From: Bilabrum cf. latius
Taxonomy: Eukaryota
NCBI GenBank assembly: GCA_965178125.1
Contig: OZ237754.1
Coordinates: forward strand, 496,001 to 560,000
Direction: 5' to 3'
Length of the DNA stretch: 64,000 nucleotides
Of this stretch, positions 12,551-22,808 are shown piece by piece. The position numbers and the translations under genes are program-made. Positions within the stretch are counted from its first letter, which is position 1; the number at the start of each line of letters is the position of its first letter. The notes beneath the pieces were generated by a model. The model was given only the letters and a program-made list of their open reading frames with translations, was not told where the DNA came from and searched no databases.

Positions 12551-13480
12551 ATGGCAGCTGTATCCGATGCCCCCGCGCCTGCGCCTGCTGCTTCTGCAGA
12601 TTCTACTGATGGTGCCAAGAAGCAGAGAAATTGGTGAGAAACGATGCACAGCGCATACGTACAAATGTAGCGATCTAGTTTGGCTCTTTTCCGGTGCACT
12701 TGGTGAATCAAGCAAAGGATCCCTATGCTTGCACGACGAGGCTATATTTACATGAATTACGCACCCACCCAACACGGCAGGATCCCATTGGAGTCGAATC
12801 CGGATGTCTTGAACAAGTACCTTGAAAAGCTAGGCTTCCCAACTGCTCTGTACAAGCTGCACGACGTGCTCGGCCTGGAAGATTGGGCATTCGATATGGT
12901 CCCGTCTCCAGTGAAAGGTGTGGTGTTCCTGTACCCCATCACGGAGGAGCAGGAGAAGGCAAGGGCTGACGAGGCCAAGAAGATCGAGGCGGACGGGCAG
13001 GAAGTGTCCGAGTCCCTGTACTACACGAAGCAGTCCGTGCCGAACGCATGCGGAACTGTTGCCCTGACTCACATTGCAGCGAACATCGCGAAGCAGACCG
13101 GCGGGGACGTCGAGCTGGCGAAGGATTCGTGGTTTGCGACGTTCCTGGACACGACCAAGGACAAGTCGGCCGACGAGCGAGCCGAGCTCATGGACGTGGG
13201 CGACTTTGCAGAGACGCTGGAGGAGGCGCATCAGTCCAGTGCCGCTGAGGGACAGACAGCGCCCCCGGAGAGGCAGGTGGCCACTCATTTTATCGCATTC
13301 GTCATCAAGGATGGCAACCTGTACGAGATGGACGGCCGTAAGAAGTCTCCCGTGAACCACGGCAAGTCCACCGAGAAGACGCTCCTGGCAGATGCCGCCA
13401 AGGTCATGAAGGATTTCATGAAGCGCAACCCGGACTCGCTCGATTTCACCTTCATGGCGCTCGGCCCCAACAACGAGTGA
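12551..13480 (+). CDS. UCHL3: Ubiquitin C-terminal hydrolase (peptidase C12, UCH-L3-like); intron 12634-12780
   Basis: Splicing GTGAGA..CAG restores the W(TG|G)IPLESNP motif. Also KQSVPNACGTVAL, HFIAFV and LYEMDGRK. Stop is TGA. No in-frame TAG. Confidence 0.93.
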
Positions 13481-13672
13481 GCAGTCTCGCGGCCTGGTAT
13501 TGAACCTGTTGGAGCGTGCACTCGCACAAGTTGGGTTTGGCTGTACATGGTTTGAGTGAAATGTATCGATAAGGATCAGTTCGTATGATTCAGTCGTTGC
13601 TGTTCCGCACCCTCTGGCAAGCCCCTCCCCACTCCAATCCACTCCACGAAACAGCAACCCGATCACGCTAAA

Positions 13673-16600
13673 TCACTCCCGCTCCACAGGCACAGCAGAG
13701 GCAGACCGTCTCCAGTCCTTCTTCTTCGGGCCGCTGCTCGCCTGCCCTAAGCGTGCCCGGCTCCTGCTCAGCCTACTCCGTGACCTGGAGTGACGGTCCC
13801 TGACGTGATGCGACCTGCTCGCACGCGCGGCAGCATCCGCAGCGTCTCGAAGCATGCCCTCGAGAACCAGCATCCGGACGTGCCTACAGGCTGAAGGGGC
13901 TCCCCAACCCAGCTGCAGGTGCGGGACCGCCTCGGGCAGACCTGATGACCCTGCACCTCCGTGCGATGCACCTGCGCTCGCCCAAGCTCGGGCTACTTTC
14001 ACGATGCCGTCACCGCGGTGTGGGGCGCCGACCGCGGCCTCCCGGATCAGCTTGAGCTGCCTCTTCTCTTCTGCCAGCGCGGCGCTCCGGTGAGACTGCA
14101 GCTCCCTGGCAGCGCGTGCTGCAGGGGAGGCCAGGCCCGCTCCCGAGCCAGCATCGATGCCTTGGTAGGCCAGCCTCATGGAGTGCAGCACCGGCAACAC
14201 GTAGGTGCTAGACTTTGGCCCCTCTCCTCCCCAGTCCCCGCTAGCCTGACCGTCTTGCTTGCCGCCGCTCGGCCCATGCACTGACGCCACCATCCCTGCG
14301 TCCCAGGCCGGCAACTCCTACGAGCCTAGAATGGACAAGCTTGCACCCAGCTTGCCGCGGATCGTACCCTCAAGCGCAACGCCGGAGGACGTGACGAGAT
14401 GCTGCTCAGGAGGACCCTGCGACCTCCGCAAAACCAGCGCTCGAGTGCTCCAGAAATCGTGCTGCGACGGGTCTTCTTTCGCTGCCTCACTGACATCTGC
14501 CGCGGCGGACGGGCCGCCAGCAAGCAGCGCGCCGGCCGCGCATCTTGGTGGTCCACCCAGCTCTGCAAACAGGTCGAGCACAGCGAGGGCACCGTCGTCC
14601 TGGCACACAAACACCACCGGCTTGCGCAACAGCTCCGGTCTGCACTGCTCCAGCGTTCGCCAGGCCGCAAGGAGGTGCGCGAGCCGGTTGGCCTGGGCGT
14701 CGCCCGCCGCCCGCCGCTTGTCTCTGTCTGCCTTTGCTGGACTGGGGCGCCACGTGTCTGGCTTGGAAGCAGGCTCTTTCTTCGGGTCGCCATTTGGTGC
14801 CTTACTGTCATCTTTCTCACTCGGAGACTGACCTGCTGCTTGACCCCCCTGGGGTGTATCGAGCCCAAGGCTGTCGCACGCCTCCATTGGCACAGCCTAA
14901 ATCTCGGCAAAAGGTTTTGCTCTTGGCTTGACCTCGCCGTCGTTTTGGCCGTTGCGAGCCGGGGCTTCTTCAGCTATGCTGCCTTTGCCGTTGTCTTCCC
15001 CGTTCACGCCCATTTCTCCGTCCTGCTCCCCCCAGTCAATTCCTTCCATCATCTCACCCCAGGAAGGAATGGCCTCCCCGTCCCCTCCTGCCGTTCCGTC
15101 TTCGCCCTTGCGTTCCTCGGTGGCCTTCGCAGCATCTGTGTCTGCCTGCTCTTCGCTGGTGTTTTTCTCAGCACCGGTCCCATCCTCGGCTCCGTCACCA
15201 AGACCCACGGTGAACTGGAAATCGACCGCGTTGATCCCATAATCCGCAGGGTTGGGACCGTCATCATCACCGCCGTCTGGGTTGCCGGCATCCGCGCCAA
15301 CGGTTCCCAACTACGTTAGAAAGTCGCCATCCATGTCCACCTGAGCACCTTCACCCCAATCCAGACCTCCTCCCCAGTCATCAGCCTCAGTGTCACCAGC
15401 CCCAGTGTCACCAGCCCCAGTGGCCTCGGCATCCTCTGGAGCCAGCGGATCTGCAGCAGCTCCGTCCGCTCCCGAGTCGTGTGTCCCCGCTTCATCGGGT
15501 GCTTGCAGCCCCTCCAAGAGTCCAGAAGCCAGCGCAGAGCCGGCACCGCCCGACGATTCTACCGTGGCATCGCCCGCTTCCATATCCTCTCCGCCTGTCT
15601 ACTACTACCCATCGCCTGGAATGTCCATGGCGTTGCTAAGCGCGTCGTTCAGGTTGAGAGCGACGCCATCTGACGCGTCCCGCAAAGTGTCGCCGATAGG
15701 CCCGCCACCAACAGCGCGCACGCGCCCCGTCGCACCCTCCACCAGCTCCATGCCGTCGAGGGGGTCGAGAAGGGCAGAAGCGGGTGGCTTCGGACTTTGG
15801 GAAGCAGCGCCACCGTTGGAGCCATCTTTGGCCTGGCCCACTTGCCCCGCCCGACTGCGTCCCTGCGCGCGCACCCGAACCGTGGGCACATCGGCGAGGT
15901 GCAGCAGTCCCCCAGGAATCCGCTTCCCGTCCTGGGACCAACTTGAGGCGTTGGATGCGCTGCTCTGGGGGCGACCCCAGTCGTCGAGAGCGTCGGCAGC
16001 CGCTCCAATCGAGCTGCCCGCCTTACTCTGTAGCGGGTCCTACTCGTGCCCCCGCCTGCCCGCACCACCGCTCGCACTGCCATCACCGCCCCACTCGCCT
16101 TCAGGACTCTCCCTGTCAGCAGGAGCGGTTTCACCCGCCGGGGTGCGGCCCTGCCACAGCCCAGACCCATTCGCGTACTCGAACACCTCTCCGTCGTGAA
16201 TGCCAGCTGCGCCTCGCGAAGCAGCGCCGCCGCCCTAGCCCCTCTCTGGGGACCGAACCACGGCTCCGGCGGTGAGGCCTTCCCATTCCGCTGCCTGCCC
16301 ACCTGCCAGCGCGCTCAAGACACTGTCATTACGACCGGCAGAGTCAGAGTCAGCGTTGCTAGAACCAGCGCTGCTGCTGTCCCCGCCGCGCCACAGTCCG
16401 AGCCCTCCAGGCACCCTCACGCCAATGCACGAGGCCGCGGCCACCTCTTGCTCTAGCCCAGCCCGGGTCGCATCTGCGTTTGGATTGGTCAGTACGATCG
16501 CCACCTTGAGCAGCGAATCCTTTTGTCTCCTGCCATCCAACGCCGGGATCCGCACCCTGGTGAGCTCCTTCAGGAGCGGCAGCACAGAACCGGCAGCCGT

Positions 16601-18763
16601 GCCAGACGTGAGCAAGGCTGCGGGATCCAGCTCACCGGCAAGCGCGTCTCCCGACCCAGGGACGACAACGACAGTTGCCCCAAACTCAGAGGAGGGAATC
16701 TTCTTGCTGGGCATGTACATGCACGTCGATAGCTGCTGCGCCCCCTGCGCGTCTCCTTTGCCGTGCTCCTGCCAGTGCCCGTCCGAAGCCACTGGCACGA
16801 GGCACAGCCCGTGCTCCGACTCGATCTTGCCGCGCAGCAGCCAGCGAAGGTTCGCTAAGACTTCACTGCGGTGGTCTGCAGGCTGGCTTGACCAGTATGA
16901 TCCCGGCAGCGGAGGCCGCTCCGTCGCCATTTCACCGCGTGCTGTTGCTGCTGCGTGCTCCGACGATCTGGCCACTTCTTGCGCAGCAGCTTGCTTACCA
17001 ACCTTAGATCGCGGGCTGTGGCTCCTCAATGGGGGCGAGGAATCTCTCATTGCAGAGCGAGTCGGCTGACGGGAGCTGCTGGGTGGCCGGTGCAGCAGCG
17101 GGTCGCTAGTCTCCTCCTCCTGCTCTTCCCCAGCTGCCTGGTGCTCCCCGGCCCTGACCACCACCCTCGGCTGCGAGAAAGTGACCCTGGCCTTGGCCCC
17201 CACAGGGGGTCCTCGCCTTGGCCCCACGCTCGGCGACGCGCCGTGGTCCCAGGGGGCCCTCCAATGGTGCATCGCATGGTCGTGCACTCCGCCCCCACCG
17301 CCCCGTGCCGTGCCCTCGCCGTCTCCCGAGTGGACACCCCCAGCGCCTGGCCGGCCGTCTGCAGCGGGGGGCACCCAGAATCGTAGGATGCCGTCGGGAC
17401 ACATCTCGTAGCCCAGACCATTCAGCCGTCGATCAGCAGCGGATAGGTCAACGCGGGGGAGGTCAGCCTGCAGCTGACGGGACCCAGCGCCTCCGGTTGA
17501 GGCGCTCCGAGCGCGGGATCGAGACCGGGTTGAGGAGCCCGAAGCAGCCGACTTTGGGCTCACGGGGCTTTCCCCACGATTCGTCACAGATGTGACGAGT
17601 GCGTCGAACGAGGCTCCGATGGACTCCCCCCTGGACCGCCGTGCTTGTTTCGGGGAGTGGGAGGGGTCCACGACTTCTTGGGACGGGCTGCGGCCGGCAT
17701 CTCCGCCCTCTCTGGCCTCTGGGTCCTCGTCTTCGCCCTCGCCCATGTCACTCATCGGCGGCTCTGGGTCATCCCCGGGAAGGGCCTACCGGGCTCCGCC
17801 TTGTTCCGGTTTTGAGACGCCCTGCTCGGCCGCCGACGCGGCCGCAGCAGCAAGGCAGGCGAGGAGTGTCTGAGCAAGAAGCGGGCCGATATATGCGGTT
17901 GTGTTCTGGCCCTGCACAGCACCGTCTGCTCGCATCCTGCCGCTCGCCAGGTACTCTGCTACTTCTTCCGGCCTGAGGTCCAGGGGCCTGAGCGGCTCTG
18001 CTGCTGCTGCTGCTGTGTGTTGCCATTGCATTTGTTCCCCCGCGGCTGGGGGCGTGAATTGACTCGAACTGTTGGTACTACTGGTATTATTGCTGGAGGG
18101 AAAGAGCCACCATAGGATAGGCAGCCATAGAGCAGCGACGCTTACTGCAGCGATGGCACTGCTAAACGCAGAGATCCGATCGGATGCCTCCCTCCATGGG
18201 CCACGAACACGGGACAACCGGCGACTCCTTGGAGACTATGGAATTTGTTGTGATTTTTCTTTCGGTCCTGCTGCCTAGAGTGGCACAAACCCCAGCGACT
18301 CTGCCTTGATTCCAAGCAAGGCGAGCATCGGCACCGCTCGAACGGTTGCAATCACGAGAATCCAAGCGAAGGAAACAAGCGATAACACGGCCGGAGGAGA
18401 CGCAAGAACCAAGCTTGATCCAGAAAACTGCGGCTGTGCCACAGCGATACCGTACGAGAGGACCATAGAAACACCAGCGCCAACAACACCCATTGGGACT
18501 ACAATCCAGCCCGGCTCTGCAGAGGGAGTAGCTGCGGGAGTCTGCCCGCCCCAGAGCTAAACAACACTTCCATTTAGTAAGACTCCATGCCACCACATCG
18601 TGGCCGCCACTCCAGCAAATGCAAGCGACAAACTGGCGAAGAGCAACAACTCAGCTATTTCGCCTGCGGCTGGGACGAACCAAGAGACCAACCATACTCC
18701 AGCAGCAGCCACAGAAATCCTCTAATAATCATTCATTGGTTTCAAGTCATCAGATCCAGACAT
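13673..18763 (-). CDS. ~1696-aa protein: N-terminal multi-pass TM region plus a divergent Arb2/FAM172-like alpha/beta-hydrolase fold split by low-complexity inserts
   Basis: Eight or more ORF fragments lie in one frame, joined only by TAG (including TAG TAG TAG at 15607-15599). Ends in TGA at 13675-13673. Segments LGYEMCPDGILR, VVVVPGSGDALAG...GSVLPLLKEL...IVLTNPN and HLLAAW...VVFVCQDDGALAVLDL resemble FAM172A/Arb2 blocks. Confidence 0.6.
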
Positions 18764-18858
18764 GGTAACGATTATTTGAGAGAATTTAGGCTGCGCCGCT
18801 GCGGTTGACCTTTGAAACCGGAACCACCAATTTCGAAAATCCGAAATCGGGCCCACCC

Positions 18859-19572
18859 GCGCGTTACTTTGGTGGCAGTCCTCGGATTGTCTCTGGTATT
18901 GAATTGCGTGCGAAAACTCTATTTTCTCTCTCTCTCTCCCGCTCGGACACATACTGAATCCCTCCGAGAACTAGTTCATCGGAGAGTGGATGACAGGAAC
19001 GCTGGGCCGTTGCGCCCTCAGCAAGGAGCTTCAGGTGCTAGAACGCATCTGGGCGAAGGGAACGGCAAGGCTAGCACGCTCCCGGATCTGGAGCAGGCAA
19101 CAAGTCCTAGAGGCGGACTATGTGGCGGTCTGGTGGCGAGAGGCTGAACGCCTCACGCCTCGCCAGGCCTTCCTCGCGCATGCTCCCTCACTGCGGACGT
19201 TCGACTGGGTCTGACTCCCAGGAGATCTCAACGCGATGCGCTTAGGACACGGGTCCTAGGCATGTATCGGTCTTAACCAGACCAACTATTTCTTCAGAGG
19301 CCTTTTCAGGTCCTGACTGGCTCCGCCAACGCGGGTACAGCTGGGTCCCCTGTTAAGGTGCGCGTTACTTTGGTGGCAGTCCTCGGATTGTCTCTGGTAT
19401 TGAATTGCGTGCGAAAACTCTATTTTCTCTCTCTCTCTCTCGGGCATTCTAGTCGTCGCGGGTACAGCTGGGTCCCCTGTTAAGGTGCGCGTTACTTTGG
19501 TGGCAGTCCTCGGATTGTCTCTGGTATTGAATTGCGTGCGAAAACTCTATTTTCTCTCTCTCTCTCTCTCTC
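18859..19572 (+). mobile_element. Three head-to-tail, 5'-truncated copies of a retroelement 3' end with (TC)n tails (non-LTR or Penelope-like)
   Basis: The identical core gcgcgttactttggtggcag...gaaaactctatttt followed by (TC)7, (TC)8 or (TC)10 ends at 18938, 19441 and 19572. Copies 2 and 3 share ~30 bp more on the 5' side. Copy 2 is preceded by an ORF remnant ending in TGA at 19214. Confidence 0.6.
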
Positions 19573-19927
19573 GTCCCGCAACTGTAACGCAAACAACAAC
19601 CCAATCTTCCGTAGGAATGAAACACAATACGGACACAGTGGGTGTTTGGAACAGAAGAACTTGAGAGTTGTTCTGTGATGATAATACTTACTTTGTTCCT
19701 CTGTTTTTAGGTAAGAGTGGCACGAGTGGTCCGGCGTGCTCGGCTCGGATCAATGTTGCGTGCACTTGCAGGCGCTAGAATGCCGTATAACTGGAAGTGA
19801 TGAGCAGTGTCAGTGGGGTGTGCCCAGGCTGCGGACGCAAGTAGGATGCGTGTATACCTACAACCCACTATGCTACGCACTGCAGACCGCTGGCTTCCGC
19901 CCCGCAAGCCTTTCAGTCTCGACCCTC

Positions 19928-21132
19928 TCACTCCCTGATGCCCCCCTCGAGCTGGGCGAGCGCCACCGCCATCACCGTCCACATCCTGTTTTCGGCTTCC
20001 TGCCACACGATGGAGCGGTCTCCGTAGAACACCTCGTCGCTGACTTCTTCCGATTTGCGCGGCAGGCAATGCATGAACTTCCAGTCCGGCTTCGCTCCCC
20101 TGCCGAGCTCTTCCGTTACCTGAAAACCAGAAAAGTCACGCAACCTCTCCGCCTTCTCTTCTTCCTGGCCCATGGAAACCCACGTATCCGTAACGATCAC
20201 ATCAGCCTCCTTCACGGCCTCCTCCGGGTCGTTGCAGAAGAATGGAACCGGGCTGCCTGTCTCTTTGGCCACGTCGATGCTCCTCTGCACTACGCCCGGG
20301 TCGCAATCGTACTTGCCCCCCGCTGGGACAGCGACCCTCACCTCCACGCCCAGCCTGGGCATGCCTGCCAGGATGGAGTGAGTGATGTTGTTGCCGTCAC
20401 CCACCCAAGCGAGCCTCAGTCCCTTCAGGCCATCGCGGGGACTCCCGGCAGAGCCATCCTCGGGGGGAGGACAGTACGTCTCCTGCAGAGTCTGCAGGTC
20501 CGCGAGGATCTGCAGCGGGTGATACCTGTCGCTGAGCGCGTTGATGACTGGCACCGGGGAGTGCTCGGTCAGCTGCTCGATCACCTCGTGGCCGTACACC
20601 CGGGCGAGAATCACGTCGTTGAAGCGGCCTAGAACGCGTGCAGTGTCCTGCAATGATTCATTGGTCCCAAGCTAAATGTCCTCAGAACCGAGGAAAAGAG
20701 CGTGGCCACCGAGCCGAGCAATCCCTGTCTCGGTTGAAACTCGAGTCCGCGTACTCCGCTTCTAGAAGATCATTGACATAGTCTTTCCTATCTGAGAGGC
20801 AAATCATATTTAATAGCATCTAGAAATGCATGCGTCACAAGTATTTATATGGAAATTCAGGGAGAAATTTTTGGTTTTCTTACCAGTGGCTGGTATACCT
20901 GGCCTTGCAGCCGGATTCTATGCTTCAGAGCGTGCGATATGTCCAGCAACGCATGGATTTCTTCCGTAGAGAATTCAAACAAATTGTTGAGATGCTTGCC
21001 TTTTATCGATGATGCATCGATAGGCCGTTGGGAGGCAGCGCTCAAAGCAAATCCGCGCATTGAACGAGTTCTGGACGCGCCCAATGCAGTCTGGCGGGAT
21101 GTGCGGAGAGCCACACGAGTGCAAGAATGCAT
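19928..21132 (-). CDS. OTC: Ornithine carbamoyltransferase with a probable mitochondrial transit peptide; intron 20883-20792
   Basis: IF[TAG]KRSTRTR (carbamoyl-phosphate site), EDI[TAG]LGTNESLQDTARVL, HPLQILAD, DTWVSMG, FMHCLPR and AENR. The GTAAGA..CAG intron is phase 0. Stop is TGA. Confidence 0.95.
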
Positions 21133-21356
21133 TTTAGTTGTTATGTGCTCGTTGACTCGACAATGAGTGCCCAAAGAAGTCTTGTGCAAGCTGTTGACCG
21201 GATGTTCGGTACACAATAGTGCGCTGCACCTGCAGAACCGCAACAGGCAGACAGGCACATTGCCAGCAGAGCTCTTCATTTGTGCAACACCCCCCCCTCC
21301 CCCCCCCCAATAGCCAGACTGGCCCTTAGAAGCGAGCCTGCTACTGCCCTCAACAA

Positions 21357-22324
21357 TCAAACTTGCGTTCCCGCAGGGTAGGCCGTGGGCCGAGGGCCAT
21401 TCTGCGCGGAGCCGCCGCTGTTGCTGCTGCCGGTGTTGGCATTGCCAGCAGGTTCAGGAGCAGGAGCAGGTGCCACGGCCCTGTCAGAGCCAGCGGCAGC
21501 GGCCTAGCCCGGGGTGCCCAGCACGACCGCGGTGGGAATGAACTGGCTCTGGCTGAAGAACTCCCGTTTGGCCTGCAGCTGTGCCCCGTAGTACGCGCCC
21601 AGAAGGTGGAGGATGGCTTCCACGCCAGCGGACACGGCCCACACGATGTACGCTATTCTGATCGAGTCCAGGCTCGAGCACGTGTCCTGTCGGTCCTGCG
21701 GGGACGTTTCATCGTCCGCGAGGTTGTCTGCCCTGCAAACGTCGTCACACAGGCACTCGAGGTACTCGAGCTGCACGCCAAACACCAGTCCTGCGGGGTA
21801 ACGCTGATTGTGGTGCGCATCAATTCTCTATCACGAACGACAGCAATCAGACAGCAGCAGATGGTGCTAATTATAATGCTTGTGCTCTCACCTAGGGATA
21901 GGAAATAAAATATAACGCAGCAACAGTTGCAGCCCCAAAAGCATTGGAGGAGACCAGCATCACGATTTCTGGCTGCAAAGTACCCGCAAACCGGTATGGC
22001 TCTGCGAACAATATATGCAATTAGTCCAGTTAAGATATGATGGCACATCCAAAATGCCAGAAGCTGATGATATAGTCGCCCTCGGGCCCACGACGTGCAA
22101 GCAAAACGGCAACTGCGCTCGCATGACCGCGTTGGCTCACACTGCAACGATCAACCACGTCCCGTAGACGCCGCCGTATAAGATCTATATTATGAAAGAT
22201 GCTACTGCAATCAGTGCCTGCGATGTCAGTTGAGTGGCTGAACTGTTTCAGAACGCTGGCCCACGAACGGTTCGTCATATGGTGTCGAGCAGCCTGAGTC
22301 AAATTTGTCCGCGTAACTCACCAT
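21357..22324 (-). CDS. Small multi-exon, multi-pass membrane protein of unknown function (Cys-rich loop)
   Basis: Hydrophobic segments ILYGGVYGTWLIVAV, IPVCGYFAARNRDAGLLQCFWGCNCCC and IAYIVWAVSAGVEAILHLLGAYYG. The last exon reads through TAG at 21506-21504 to TGA at 21359-21357. Upstream exon boundaries are uncertain. Confidence 0.5.
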
Positions 22325-22808
22325 GGCTATGGAAATGTTCATTACAGTTTTTGTAAGACCTGCAACTTCTTCATCGTCTCTGCGAAAGCCACAAGCATCT
22401 GGGCCGAAACCGCACGGGTTGACAACACGGGTGGGCCGGAACCCCTGAGGCGTGTGGTGATAACTTACATGGGTATGCCGTACACAAGATACTCAGGAGC
22501 GGGCTACTATGGTGCCGTCTATCCAGTTTGCTGAGCATTCTGACTGTTTTGCATGGTGTCAAAGTGGGTGCCACGTCTTGTCGGTTTCCTCGACAGTTCG
22601 TCGTCTTCATCCTCGAAATTTGTGTACTGGCGACCGGACACCGACGTGCTGTGCGGTGGCTCTGGAGCAGACTTAATCAAAGTGCGCAGAATCGTGCATC
22701 ATCTATGCGACCTACATTCTCAGCATCGTACAAACAGTACGAACATTAAGCTCAATACACGAACAAATCGACATCGTGACGGCCGTCCAGTGGCGCCTCT
22801 GTGCAGCC

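Noticed and set aside
18859-19572. CRISPR-like array
   Set aside because: The repeats are 80-115 bp with microsatellite tails and irregular spacing. The context is eukaryotic and there are no cas genes.
19684-19700. ATACTTAC resembling the 5' end of U1 snRNA
   Set aside because: It continues TTTG rather than CTGG, and I see no U1 stem-loops or Sm site.
19736-20632. 298-aa plus-strand ORF, and similar long ORFs such as 37507-38829, 48137-49279 and 14399-15319
   Set aside because: These are antisense shadows of real GC-rich genes (OTC, formin, ISWI, Arb2-like) with no recognisable motifs.
20660-20780. A-to-I editing (UAG>UGG, Trp) or pyrrolysine insertion
   Set aside because: The TAGs align to Gln-type positions, not Trp or Lys, and they are too numerous and sometimes tandem. 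U-to-C editing cannot be formally excluded from DNA alone.
22380-22750. Possible small plus-strand ORF (22528-22749)
   Set aside because: It has no clear ATG, motif or codon bias, so I treated it as intergenic or UTR.
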